This document shows positions 26,074 to 37,885 of a stretch of 64,000 bases of DNA, piece by piece. Below the pieces are notes generated by a model. That model saw only the letters and a list, made by a program, of their open reading frames with translations. It was not told the DNA's origin and searched no databases. The stretch spans positions 2,845,758-2,909,757 of the forward strand of contig CM119265.1 in the NCBI GenBank assembly GCA_051294375.1. The letters run 5' to 3'. Numbering within the stretch: the first letter of the stretch is position 1; each line of letters begins with the position of its first letter. The stretch comes from Paraspadella gotoi (lineage: Eukaryota; Animalia; Chaetognatha). The position numbers were made by a program, and so were the translations under genes.

Positions 26074-29000
26074 ATGCAGCAACGACTATTGTGCAAAAAC
26101 CGCTTCTTCATCTTCTTCGTCGTCGTCGTCGTCGCTTTCGTCTTTGGAAGTTTTTATTCGGGGTTTTTGCGCTTTGAAAATTTTGGATTCAATTCGTGGG
26201 AAGCCTCGTTTCCGATTCATTCCGTCAATTTCTCTGGTAAACAAAAACAAAAGATCAAATAATTTTATCAACGTGATTATAAAGATTCACAGATATTCAT
26301 AATTCATGTTTTACAGAGATTCATAAATCCTCATTCACAGAGTCTCATGATAACTCAGTCACATTCGGAAACGAGGCGAAGGAAGGATTCGACGTCTTCA
26401 CACCCGGATGTAAAATTCCCACCGTTGATCCCTTCGATCCATCGCTCAGTCACATCAAATTGAAGGGTGAGATCAATTACGAATAGAAAACACGTATGAA
26501 ATTGACCTTGCAGTAAAGACAGGATATATTGGCAACTATATTTGGGCACCCTGACCCTTCATTAGTGTGCCCAGTTGGTCTGAAGCTTCGGAACTGGTTG
26601 TTTAATCATAACCGTCAGTCAAATGAATACACAGTTCCGTCCAGGGGCAAAACCCGCGACAAATGGGTACAAGAGATGAAGCGTTAGCTCTATGGAGTTA
26701 TGACAAGATGAAAATTAACGCGGCAAAACTGTCCCACGTAAATTCTTATCGTATTTCACAATCTCAACTACTACAGCGCGGCAGAACTGGAGAGTGATGT
26801 GAAAATGATAAAATTTTAGAAAATTAAAATTTAGCATATAAAACATGAAAATAAAAACCAATAAAAATACTTTAGTAAGTTTATTTTTTAATTTTATTCA
26901 TTAGTGGCACCCAGTGAGCTATATTTATATATAGTAATAAGTATATTATAAGCTAAAATTTTAAAATGTAAATTTTTAAATTTTAAGATCGGATTTGGAT
27001 TTCTTGCTAAAAGTTAATACAAGAAATTCTTTTTTTAATTTTTTCATTAAGTTGGTTAAAAATGTAAAAAAATGTATTTAAGATGCAGATTTTCAATTTT
27101 AAGCTTAAAAATATAGTTTTTTATAATTTTAACCTACCAACTTTTATCAACTTTTATCAACTTTTAACGAGGAAACTGAATCTGTTCTCAGAATTTTAAA
27201 AAAAACATTTTAAAGTTTTGACATTATATAAGGTATATACAAAATTAGCTGACTGGGCTACTATATTTGTAAAAAATATATATATTTCCAGATTAGTATT
27301 CACTAATATGATAGTTTTCAAGATATATTTGCTAAATTTTGATTCCAAACTTTCACTTCACCCTGCTGGAGAGTTTTATTCTACGAGTTATAATATTTTG
27401 ATGTTAATTTAAATTTATTAAACTCCAGGGGAAAAAAAGACAAACGAATGCAGCAAAACTCGACGATTTCTTGTGAAGAATTTAAAAGAAAATTCGATTC
27501 GTTTGAACGAAAAGGAAAAAGGAGAAAAACTAAGAATTAAATCTTGTGAAATCAAAACTGTGAAGCGGCGAAACGATCGGACGGAATGGACGGACGCGCG
27601 GACATTTCGTGCGGACGCCTGCGTAAGTCAAGAGAATTAATTTAATAAACTAAATATGTAAACTTATAATCCACTGGTCAAATCAAATTTTAATATGTAT
27701 CCGGATTTTATTTTAATAAAATTTTATTTAGAGTAAATAATTTTTGAAAAACTTAATTGATTTTTCAATTTGTCTTCACCAAAGGTCAACATCTCCGGCG
27801 ACTTTTCACTGATCATTTGTTTCGACAAGATCGTCGAGCCCGCTTCCAAGAATTCGTCGTCGCGGCTTTAGATGATAAAACAAAAGACAAAAGAGACCAA
27901 AGACTCTGGATTCGACGTTTTGCTCATCGGCGTCGATTCTGTATCGAGAAATAATTTTGTTAGAAATTTCCCGAAGACTCGAAAATTCCTCTTCGATAAT
28001 TTGGAACCCGTGGAATATTTTGGGTAATTTAGACTTGAAATAAAGGTTCGAACTTCATACCAAATAGTACAAGATAGAGTTCAGGTCTACCTGCTTGCAA
28101 ATCCTAACGCATTGGAAGCATTCTTTACCATTTTATATCGCTTATGGAAATAACGTCAATTGAAATTTAGCTATGGTTAAAATCCGAAATTTGTATCCAG
28201 TTACTTTCCATATTTGTACTATTCTATAAATGGTATGTATTTACAATTTAGAGTACCTCTTCTTAATTTTCAAGGTACAACAAAGTTGCCGACAATACCC
28301 TGGTTAATGTTATTCCATTTCTCACTGGAAAATATCTTGAAGACTTGCCCTGGACAGAAAAAATGGCTCATTTGCCTTTTGATATATATCCTTTCATTTG
28401 GAAAAATTTTTCAGATAAGGGGTAAGTTAATGCAGTGTATTCGAAGAATTAGAATTAAAACTTTATGGTTATATTGTTAGAAAATAAGTTACGCATGTAT
28501 ATTTTTTTTTGTATGTAAAAACTGTTTTAATCCAGATACCGCACTTTCTACGGAGAAGACTCTCACAGCATTAATACCTTCAACTACCAAAAAGCTGGAT
28601 TTCATTCTCAACCAACTGATTATTACTTCCGTCCATTTATATTGGCTTATGAGGAATTAGAAAAGAAAATGGGCCTAAGGTACATAGTTATGTGGTTTTT
28701 TCCATAGTTTCCTAAAACTGATATGATTAAGCTTTTTTTTCCCAACCTTTTTAGAAATAGATATACTTTCTTGTCTTGCCAATACTGAAAAGTTCAGCAA
28801 TTTTTAGATATATCGAGTTTACAATATACTAAAGCAGCTTTTGAATATGTATTAATGATATATATTGAGCATCTTCTAATAATATGTATAATAATATTAA
28901 AATAATTATATTAATAAAATTTTCAGCCAAGAATCTCGAACGAATGCTTTGGATATCAAACTCAGGTAAAAGATCACGTTCTATTATAAAATTAATTTAT

Positions 29001-31433
29001 ACACACTGCACAGTAGGGTGGAGTGATGAAAAGATTGAGCGATGTAACATGTTTTTTTGCTGCCTTGGTATATGTAATAAAAAATAATTAATCCTTTTTT
29101 TCAAAAAAATTTGGTTTAACCGTATTATGAATGAATTTTCTTTATAGTAATTTATTGTAATTTATTGTATTTATTTATTTTTTGTAATATCCTTATAAAC
29201 ATCATATTTTTTAATTTTAAGAACAGTTTCGGATTCGCCGCGAAAAAACTTAAATATAAGTTAAATATGTTACATGATATTTTTAGGTTAAAGCTGCGAA
29301 AAATGACCAAAACGTTTAATCATATAGTAGTTTTTACTACAGAGCATGAAAAAGTGGAAAACTTGGCCTTTTTTTTTCCATTTTTGACGCTGACGACATT
29401 GAAATTTAATAACATATTATGGTTGACTAAAATCCACAACGCTTCATCAGCGGCCATTGGTGCCGGAGGCAAGTCATTCGCCTCCCAACCCAAAGGTCCG
29501 GGGTTCTAGCCCGGTTGTGGCCTCGCTGTTAAGAGGGATGGGGCGCTTAACCCGCCTGATCCAAAGCTTTAGGGACTGCTTATATTGAACGTTCTGTCAC
29601 TAATTCATAACAATAATTATTGTCTCTTCATTGGTGAGCCGACTTCCAAACATAACAGCAACAACAACACTTTCAGGCGACATGCCTCAACCTGGCGATG
29701 CACTTTACGCCAACAACACATCAGTCGACATGACTTGGTGACAAACTTTCCACCAACAACAATTAACAGAAGAGACAAAACAGACTTTTCCCAACGGGGG
29801 GGGGGATGTATGGTGGACTAAAATCCACCAACCGTTCATCAGCGGCCATTTGTGCCGGAGGGCAAGTCATTCGCCTCCCAACCCAAAGGTCTGGGGTTCT
29901 CGCTGCGGACGGGGCGCTTAACCCGCCTGTAACACGGTGTTACAGCCTGATCCGAAGCTCAGGGACTGTTTATATTGAACGGTTCTGCACTAACTCATAA
30001 CAATAATTACTGTCTCTTCAAGGCTAATAATAGATTAATATTTATATATCTCTCAAAATCCGCAGGGCGAATGGCTGTACGACTATTTTCTCGAGTTTCT
30101 TCGAACTCACAAAAACGAAAAGAAATTCGCTTTCGTTGACGAACTCTTGGTCGCACGATAAAGTCTACGACGCCGCTTTGGCCGATGAGCCGACGGAAAA
30201 ACTCTTTCACAGATTGAAACAGGGTCAGTTGTTGGAGAAACTGCGAATACTGGTCGCATACTACGTATTTTGAATCGTACAACTTATACATTTTGCAACT
30301 CTATCATTTGATAAAATATATTTTTTAAGAAAGTTTGTCGAATTTTTCTAAGACTTAAATTTTTTGTTAAGAATTACTTTTAATTTTAAAACGGATTTTA
30401 CCTTAGAACCTACGTGGACTGAATTTAGTCATTGCTCAGTTTTAAATTCTTTTTTAAATCAGGCGGCTTCTTAGAAAATTCCATTGTGATTTTCTTCTCT
30501 GATCACGGCTTCAGATTTGGTCAAATCAGAGAAACTTTCGTGGGAAAATTCGAAGAGCGTCTTCCTTTCCTTTTCTTTCTCGCGCCCAAAAGATTCAAGA
30601 AAGATCATAGAGGGCGTTACGAGAATTTGAAGAAAAATGCACGAAGACTGACAACCAATTTTGACATTTATCAAACTCTGGTGGATCTTTTGGATTTAGG
30701 GTCTATGAAAGAGACGAGGTACGTAGTATGAATGGTCAATATATAATTATATATTTTATATATTTTTTGATTTTTTAGAGTATTTTGCCAGCTTTTTTTG
30801 TTCATTTTCTTTCATTTTTGTGATATAATAGAAGATTCAACTAATCAAAAATTTTTGTATGAAAGAATGATACAACCCTATTTAAATTTTTTTTTCGAAA
30901 TAATTTACGCTTTTAAAATGAGTCAAAAGTAGTTTTTGTCAAACATATGAGGTAATATTTTTTTAAAGTATATGTTATAAAATAACGTTAAAGATTTAAA
31001 ATGCTAAAATTTTTCTTACTTATACTATTATAAAATTCTTGTATGATTTTTCGTATAAAGAGGCAAGGAAAACTCTCCTTTTGTCAACGGAATCCAATAC
31101 CGCTATTCGCTCCTTGATGAAGTTCCTCCAGAAAGAAATTGTGAATCGGCAACGATCAAACCTCATTGGTGCGTCTGTCAATCTATGAAACGAGTCGATG
31201 TTAAAGATAAAGATGTCACTAAAGCTGGACAATTCATCGTTCAACAGGTTTTGGATATTTTATTTATTGGATAAAGAATAGTTGGTGTGCTAGAAAAACT
31301 AAGATGTGATTTTATTCATCTGTGATGATATTTTTTTCCGCTCAATAGAGAAGTGCAGAAATAATTGTAAAGTTTTAAAACTGACCACTTATTCACTTTT
31401 GTTGCAACTTTTTCGCCTCTTTAGTTTAATTAA

Positions 31434-31473
<40 letters not shown>

Positions 31474-32081
31474 GATAAACAAATATCTCTCTGATAAAAA
31501 AGACGTTTGTGAGCACTACAGTATGAAAAATATTAAGAGCGCATTTGTGACGGAATCTTCAGAATACTATCTCAAGGTTGAAATGGATATATTTTTCATA
31601 ATCTTTTAAACATCGAGTTATATATACTATACTATAATTATACTATCTCAAAGTTGAAATGGATATATTTTCATAATATTTTAAACACCGAGTTATATAA
31701 TTATATAGCGTCTTTTTTCTACAGTTCAAGTCGGTTCTCAATGATATTCTAAATCGAAAATTGTACTTTCAACCTAAAGTGACAGCCGGTAAAAATTATG
31801 TCATCATAGTTGAAGTTGGTCCGGCAGAGGCGTTTTTGAGGGTAATGGTATTTGATGGATTTAAGAGCATTATTCCATTTCGCCGCAAAAAGTCATTAAA
31901 TATTCTTTTCAGGCACAGTGCGGGTTTGGGGAAAGAACAACAACAACAAGAAGATGGTGCCGATGAAATAGAAGGAGAAGTGAGCAGAATCAATTTGTAC
32001 GGTAACGATTCTCATTGCGTCAAAGAAGCTAATTTGAAAAAGTTTTGTTATTGTAAAATTCAATCGTTAAATAGAGTTTAA
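26074..32081 (+). CDS. DUF229-family protein 2, 13 exons
   Basis: Exon-by-exon paralog of gene 1: GCKIPTVDPF, IGVDSVSR, YNKVADNT, WSHD, SDHGFRFG, HWCVC, SRINLYG..KKFCYC. A few 1-bp indels. Confidence 0.92.
29418..30020 (+). mobile_element. Two family-B SINE copies in one DUF229-2 intron
   Basis: Copies at 29418-29630 and 29808-30020, both matching 23096-23300. Confidence 0.7.
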
Positions 32082-32154
32082 AAAGAATGTAATCGTTATA
32101 ACTTATTACTTTTTGAGAAAGAAAGAAAGAGAGAGACAGGTGGAAATAAGGAGA

Positions 32155-32193
<39 letters not shown>

Positions 32194-32980
32194 TAAATTG
32201 CTTCCCTAAACCATAAACAAAAAACAAAACCATAAACAAAATCCTTTACCTCTCGGTTTTTCCTTTGCCCTTTTTAGTTTTCTTTGATTTCACAACAGCA
32301 ATTGATTAATAAATATTCGGGATCAAACGCCTTTTTTTCAATTTATAAAAAAAAATAGCCATTTGCGATCTGTGATTGGTCAATATCGGTCACGTGACCT
32401 TAAAATCTTCGTATTTTAAAGATTTTTTTAGAGTAAAAAGTTATTTAATAGTTGTCTAATGTATATTTTGCATAAAAAAATTTTTAATTTTAATTTTTTA
32501 ACAATATTAAAGAGTAAAACCGAAAGTAAGTGTGTCAGAAACAAGCCAAAGTGGTCAAGCAGGCAAAGAATACTTAAATTTTTTCTCTTAATCTTTTGCT
32601 CTTTTCTCTTTCTCTTTTACTCTACATATCTCTCTCTCTTCTGTCTCTCGTAATCTCATTCCCTTGTATTTTCTTCTACTACAATTTTGGCTTATTTTTA
32701 CATTCGCCAACCGTTTTTGAATGCTTTTACTAACAAAAGAGCGATTTACATTTTTGTCCTAAATTCATGAATCTTCATTCAAAATTGTTTTCAAAACTTT
32801 TATATATATACTCTTACAAATAATTACAAATAATTTTTTTTTCACCAATATCATTAAAATATCTTCGAAAACATAAATAAATAGAAAGTCTCATCGGATA
32901 TTTACGGTAAGATATGACTTTTAGGAAACTTTCACTTATATTGTTCATGCTTGCTTGATAGATTGACACCACTTTTCCAG

Positions 32981-34796
32981 ATGGCATCCCGCAACTGCGT
33001 CGGTATGTGGCAATTGTGGCATCATCGTCTTTCGTAAATTCTTCCTCGTTTTCTCTATCGTTTCTTTATATTTCACTTTTCTCACATTTCGCAATTCAAA
33101 GTTTGTGGGTAAACAAACAAAGGAGCATCTGCCTAGTTATTTTAAACTTGAAATATTGTACTTCACCAATTAGATTTGCAAGCAACAATAATTTCATCAT
33201 ACACTTCAGGGACCGAAAATAGAGAGAGATACAACATCTTCACTCCAGGAAGTAAAATTCCATAATTTGATCCGTTCGACTCTTCACTGAAACATAATCA
33301 ACTCGTAGGTAACTAAAGACAATAATACTAATATATAATACTAATTAATAGTGTATAGTTTGAAAGAGACTCGATCAATAGAGTCCTGCATTCCTTGGTT
33401 TAAAGTTGTGTTCACATGAGATTGATGGAGAAGTCCCTCTCAGTTATCAAAAAAAATTGCTGACACAAAAAATATCATAATAGCTCATACTGATATAAAA
33501 TAAGCACCAAACGCGTTAATTATTTAGTATACTCTTAACCCATGGCATATTTAAATTGTCTACGTATCCCCAGCAGGAACTCAAAAGTTTGAAAACTCCT
33601 GAGCTATTTTTAGCTCATTGGTAATATTGGTATTATAAGTCACCCACAAAAATTTGGGTTTACAGAAATTGAAAATTTTTGGGTAATATTGATTGATGCT
33701 TCATTCTTTCAAATTTTAACAATACTCAAAGCACTGATGAAGGCTTGAATGAAAGCCGAAACTTGTCTGTACATTAAAATAAAATCGTTGCTGTAACAAG
33801 ACTTTGTCTTCATTTTCAATTACCTAAAACACAACGAAAGAAAGTTTAATCACAACAATACTCTTCATAACAAAGATCACAGGCCTATCGACTGCAGTCA
33901 AATGGCTCGATTTATCTCGACGAATTCTAAAGACAAAAACGAAATTCAATTGAACAAAACTAACATTTTGAAGCTTAAATCGAAAATAGATTTTTGCGAA
34001 TTGAAATACGTGAAGAACTTTGAGAGTAAACTCTATTTTTTTTCAGCTTTGTTGATGATGCGAGGGTTGTTGTTGTTGTTGGTATACTCCAAACAAATTT
34101 CACGACCTCATTTTATTTAAACTACAGGGCGATTGGTTGTATGAATACTTTCTCCATTTTATAAATTATCACAAAAATGAGAAAAAGTTTTCGTTGGTCT
34201 GGACGAATTCCTGGACACATCGGCACATTCGAAGAGCTGGCGCCGCCGACGAGCCAACGGTGAAACTTTTACTCATAGATGGTAACTTTTGAAAACATTC
34301 GTAGATAGCGAACTGAATTTGGCATCATTCATAGTCATAAGTACCCAATTACTGATTTAGAAGAAAGTCGGTTGCTTAAGGAAACAAAAGAAAATTGTGT
34401 TTATCAAAAAGTATTCATCAAAATATCAAACGTAGTCCCACATACAAGTCATTTTGATAAAAGCACATTTAAAAATATTGTTCCTTAATGTTATAAAAAT
34501 ACTAAAAACAGATTCTCTCTGTATCCCCAACCGACACTGACAGGCGGATTTCTTGAATATTCCTTCGTGATATTCTTTTCGGATCACGGATTTCGTTACG
34601 AAGAAATCCGTCAGACTTTGTCTTTGGCGGGAAAATACGAGGAACTGATGCCTTTTCTGAATTTCCTTCCGCCTAAAAGGTTCGAGATCGAATACAAATA
34701 CCGCAATTTGGTGAGAAAAGGTTGACGACCAATTTCGACATCTATCAAACTTTATTGGATCTCGCGGCTTTGGGATCGTCAACAGTTTGAAACGGG
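32981..34796 (+). pseudogene. DUF229 pseudogene (paralog 3)
   Basis: Exons homologous to gene-1 exons 1, 2, 3, 9 and 10 only. In-frame stop in TPGSKIP*FDPF, exons 4-8 missing, frameshifted SDHG exon, no 3' exons found. Confidence 0.85.
33731..33770 (+). ncRNA. Minimal type I hammerhead ribozyme motif (Penelope pLTR-type)
   Basis: GCA-CTGATGA-A-GGCTT(gaatga)AAGCC-GAAA-CTTG-TC-TGT: complete core, 5-bp stem II, minimal stem III, GUC cleavage triplet, 3-bp stem I. Followed by AATAAA. Confidence 0.7.
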
Positions 34797-35874
34797 TAGG
34801 AATTTTGATGAAGATACAACATCTATTTCCAGAAGACAACACTAAAGTCAACTATGGTTCCGGGTGTTGCACCTGGTTATTGTTTCTATGCCCCATACTT
34901 TTTTTTAAACTACTATCCGTATCTTTTGTGTCCCTTCCGCAGCTATGGAACGGGTACTGAACCCGGTACCTAACGATTCTAAGCTGATGGCTTTAGTCAA
35001 TAAGTCAGCATCAGTTTTTCTTAATTTTGAGTCAAAATTAAGAAAAACTAAGAAAACGTAAGAATTTTTAAAAGTTATAATTATATTTTTTGGTTTAACT
35101 TTTTATCAGAATCCATGGAAATATTACAATTTTAAACTTTTAAAAAAATTTTTAGTACCTAAAGACAAAAGTTTTGAAGCCCCGCCCGTTTTGATTTGAA
35201 TTTTTAGTAAGTATCTAATTAAAGCATTTAATATTCCGAAATTCAAGGCAGTCTTCAAATCTTCCGTTCGCGGACGGCGTCAGGTTTCGTTATTCTCGGT
35301 ATAAATGCTGAAGTGTTACTGTTTCTGGCTAATTTTCTTCTAGAAATTTGTTATCGTATGACGTATAGGCTTTGAAATTTTAGGTTAACTCGATGCGAGT
35401 CGATCACTTCGTGTTTTTTTTCCAAAAAACTGACTAAAAAAAAACTCAGTTATTTATCGACGTTTGACTAGATAAAAATTCATTAAAATCACTTCAGCTA
35501 AAATTTTTATTAATCAAGCACAAACGAAATTAGTTTCAATGAAAAATATAAATCGTTCTTTTGTAAATGTATTACAAAAATGGGTACAAAAAGCATGTTT
35601 AGTTGTTTACGCCATTAAATTGATTCAAGAGTCAAAAAAAGCGTGCGATACGTGACACGGGTTCACTGATGAAGTCCACCATACAATATACACGTCGCAA
35701 TACTATTGCAAAAGGCCAAGATGAACCACGCTGAGAGATTAGGGATTTATTGGCGACGTTTGGATTATTTTTATTAAATTAAGATTTGACCTGAAAAAGA
35801 AAAATAAAACGCAATGGTAACGAAAGCAACTTTAAGACTTCAGCGGAAACCAGAAACTGGATAAGAAAAAACAA

Positions 35875-36088
35875 GGGTTACTTTTACTTTCACCGACCGG
35901 GGTTAGGTAGGGGGTTAGGGTTAAGGGTGGTTTAAGAGTGGTTTAGGGTTAAGGTTGGTTAGGGTTAAGAGGGTTTAGGGTTAGGATAATTAGGTAATAT
36001 TTTTTTAAACTTTGTTTTAAAAATAAGTATTTTTAAATGATTTTTTAAAACCTTCCAAAACCGCGGTCGGCGAAAGTAAAATTTAGCC
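35875..36088. mobile_element. MITE with degenerate GGGTTA core
   Basis: Inverted termini TTTTACTTTCACCGACCG / CGGTCGGCGAAAGTAAAA; opposite-orientation copy at 41204-41392. Confidence 0.75.
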
Positions 36089-36397
36089 AAAAGCAATTTA
36101 AACAATGAAATTCGGTGACATTTTCAAAGAAAATCAAGGGGAATTAAAACTAATACGTTATTACGGGAAATCTAATTAGTTCACATAAATCTTGTTTACC
36201 GCGCTGTTTACAATCTGCATCAAACTAACTTTTACCGATGAATATTATGGATCTGGGAAATCTTAAAAAAAATCCCAACTCGAGTTTTTTTAATTAAACA
36301 ATGAAGTGCGATGGATATTTATGAATATTATCAAGTTTGGTGAAATCTTTCCGAAACAAATCTGTCCGGAAGTCAAGACGTCATCGTCTTTCTCTTC

Positions 36398-36826
36398 TCA
36401 TCGATATGCACGACGAGGCGATCTCGAGCGGTAGCGTTCGTAGGATCGCGACCGGGAGCGCGACCTTCTCCTTGGCGGCGGCGAGTAGCGTCGATAGTCG
36501 TCACGACCGTCCCGTCCGTCCCGGCCGTCCCGTCCATCGCGCCCGTTGTCCCTCGGTCGACCACGCCCACCACGTCCGCCGCCGTGCGAGATTTCGACGC
36601 GAACTCTGCTGGAACCGATGCGCGTCCCGTCTAATTGTCGACAGGCGTCGCCGGCGTCGCGAGGATCTTCGAACTCGACGAAGGCGAAGCCGGGTGGATT
36701 CTTCGCCACCCAAACTGACTTTAAGGCGCCGACTTTGGAGAAGGGCTCGCGAATTTCGCCCTCTGTGGCCCGGGGATCTAGGTCACCCACGTAGACCTTG
36801 GCTTCGTTGAAGGGGCGACGGGACAT
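36398..36826 (-). CDS. SRSF3: SR splicing factor, SRSF3/SRp20/Rbp1-like, 142 aa, single coding exon
   Basis: RRM with KVYVGDL...[28 protein letters not shown]...RVRVEIS, no zinc knuckle, then [19 protein letters not shown]. Confidence 0.93.
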   Translation of the reverse strand: MSRRPFNEAKVYVGDLDPRATEGEIREPFSKVGALKSVWVAKNPPGFAFVEFEDPRDAGDACRQLDGTRIGSSRVRVEISHGGGRGGRGRPRDNGRDGRDGRDGRDGRDDYRRYSPPPRRRSRSRSRSYERYRSRSPRRAYR

Positions 36827-37885
36827 CGCCAGGGTTTTGGAGGGGCTGCGCCGGTGGAGGAAGATGAAGACTAAGTCCGAAGGAAATTGGGCTTCGTTTA
36901 TATCTTTCCTGGAGAGAAAATTTAATAGAGCAACACTTTAATAACAAGATACATTATTCAAAAATTGAGAGGTATTGCGAAAAAAGTAAATATCAATATG
37001 GTATTACGGTCTTGATTAAAATAAAGAATTATTCAGGGTAAACGCTAGCGACCAGCTTCCCTCTTTTAAAATTCGTCTGCTTCATCGATTTTCTTTTTTT
37101 CAAAATTCAATTTCCGTTTCTTCGTCTCTTTTGTTTTCTCCTAACGGAATTCTATAGAATCAAATTGAACAGAAAAAAAAACAAAGAAGCAACAGGTTAA
37201 TAACTTTCTCAAGCCTTGAGTCAAGGACGAGGTTATAAAGAAATTTTAAGGCGATTATATTGTAGTTATGTAATAACTCCGCTGACCAGTTTTTAAACTT
37301 TTTTTTTTCATATAGCGTATCTCACTTTGAAATTTCCCTAAGATTTCGTTTTAAATTACTTAAAATTCTTTTTCGTCGAGTAATTCAGTTGGACAACAAG
37401 AGTTCTTTGTCTTCAACTTGAAGTTCAAGCAAGCAAATACAAGCAATGACGATTATTTAAATGCTTCCCTCCTCCAAAGTTTAAAAAAAAAGTTCTTTAT
37501 AAAATTTAAATTAAAAAAAACAACAACTAATAAGGCCTGTCCTTGTGCCTCGAAACGTGTGGCTTAATTTTTTTTTTTTTTTTTTTTCACGGATTTCAAA
37601 CAAAAATGTCATTGTGATCATCTTGGTCTTCATGAAAGTCTATCAGCGAAAATCAATGCCAACAACGCACTGCCTTAAAAATAATACTGCATTATTTTAG
37701 TTCATAGTTGATACAATTGGTGTAATTTATGTTTCGTACTTGTTGTGGACTCGTAATCTAACCAAAATCAATGCGGCTCAGATCATCGAAATTCCTATTT
37801 CTCGTTTACTTTTAACTACAATTTTTTTTTAAATCTTTCTTCAAAATTTCAGGCTCGCTTCTCCCCCCCCCCCCATCAACTGATA

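Noticed and set aside
35666-35700. CTGATGA as hammerhead core (also at ~508, 3009, 7496, 61330)
   Set aside because: No stem II followed by GAAA and a cleavage triplet; several lie in coding exons.
35900-35995. Telomere or chromosome-fusion scar
   Set aside because: Short, degenerate and enclosed by inverted termini found elsewhere in the window.
36337-36810. Antisense ORFs over SRSF3 and the transporter exons
   Set aside because: Expected shadows of GC-rich coding sequence; no recognisable motifs.
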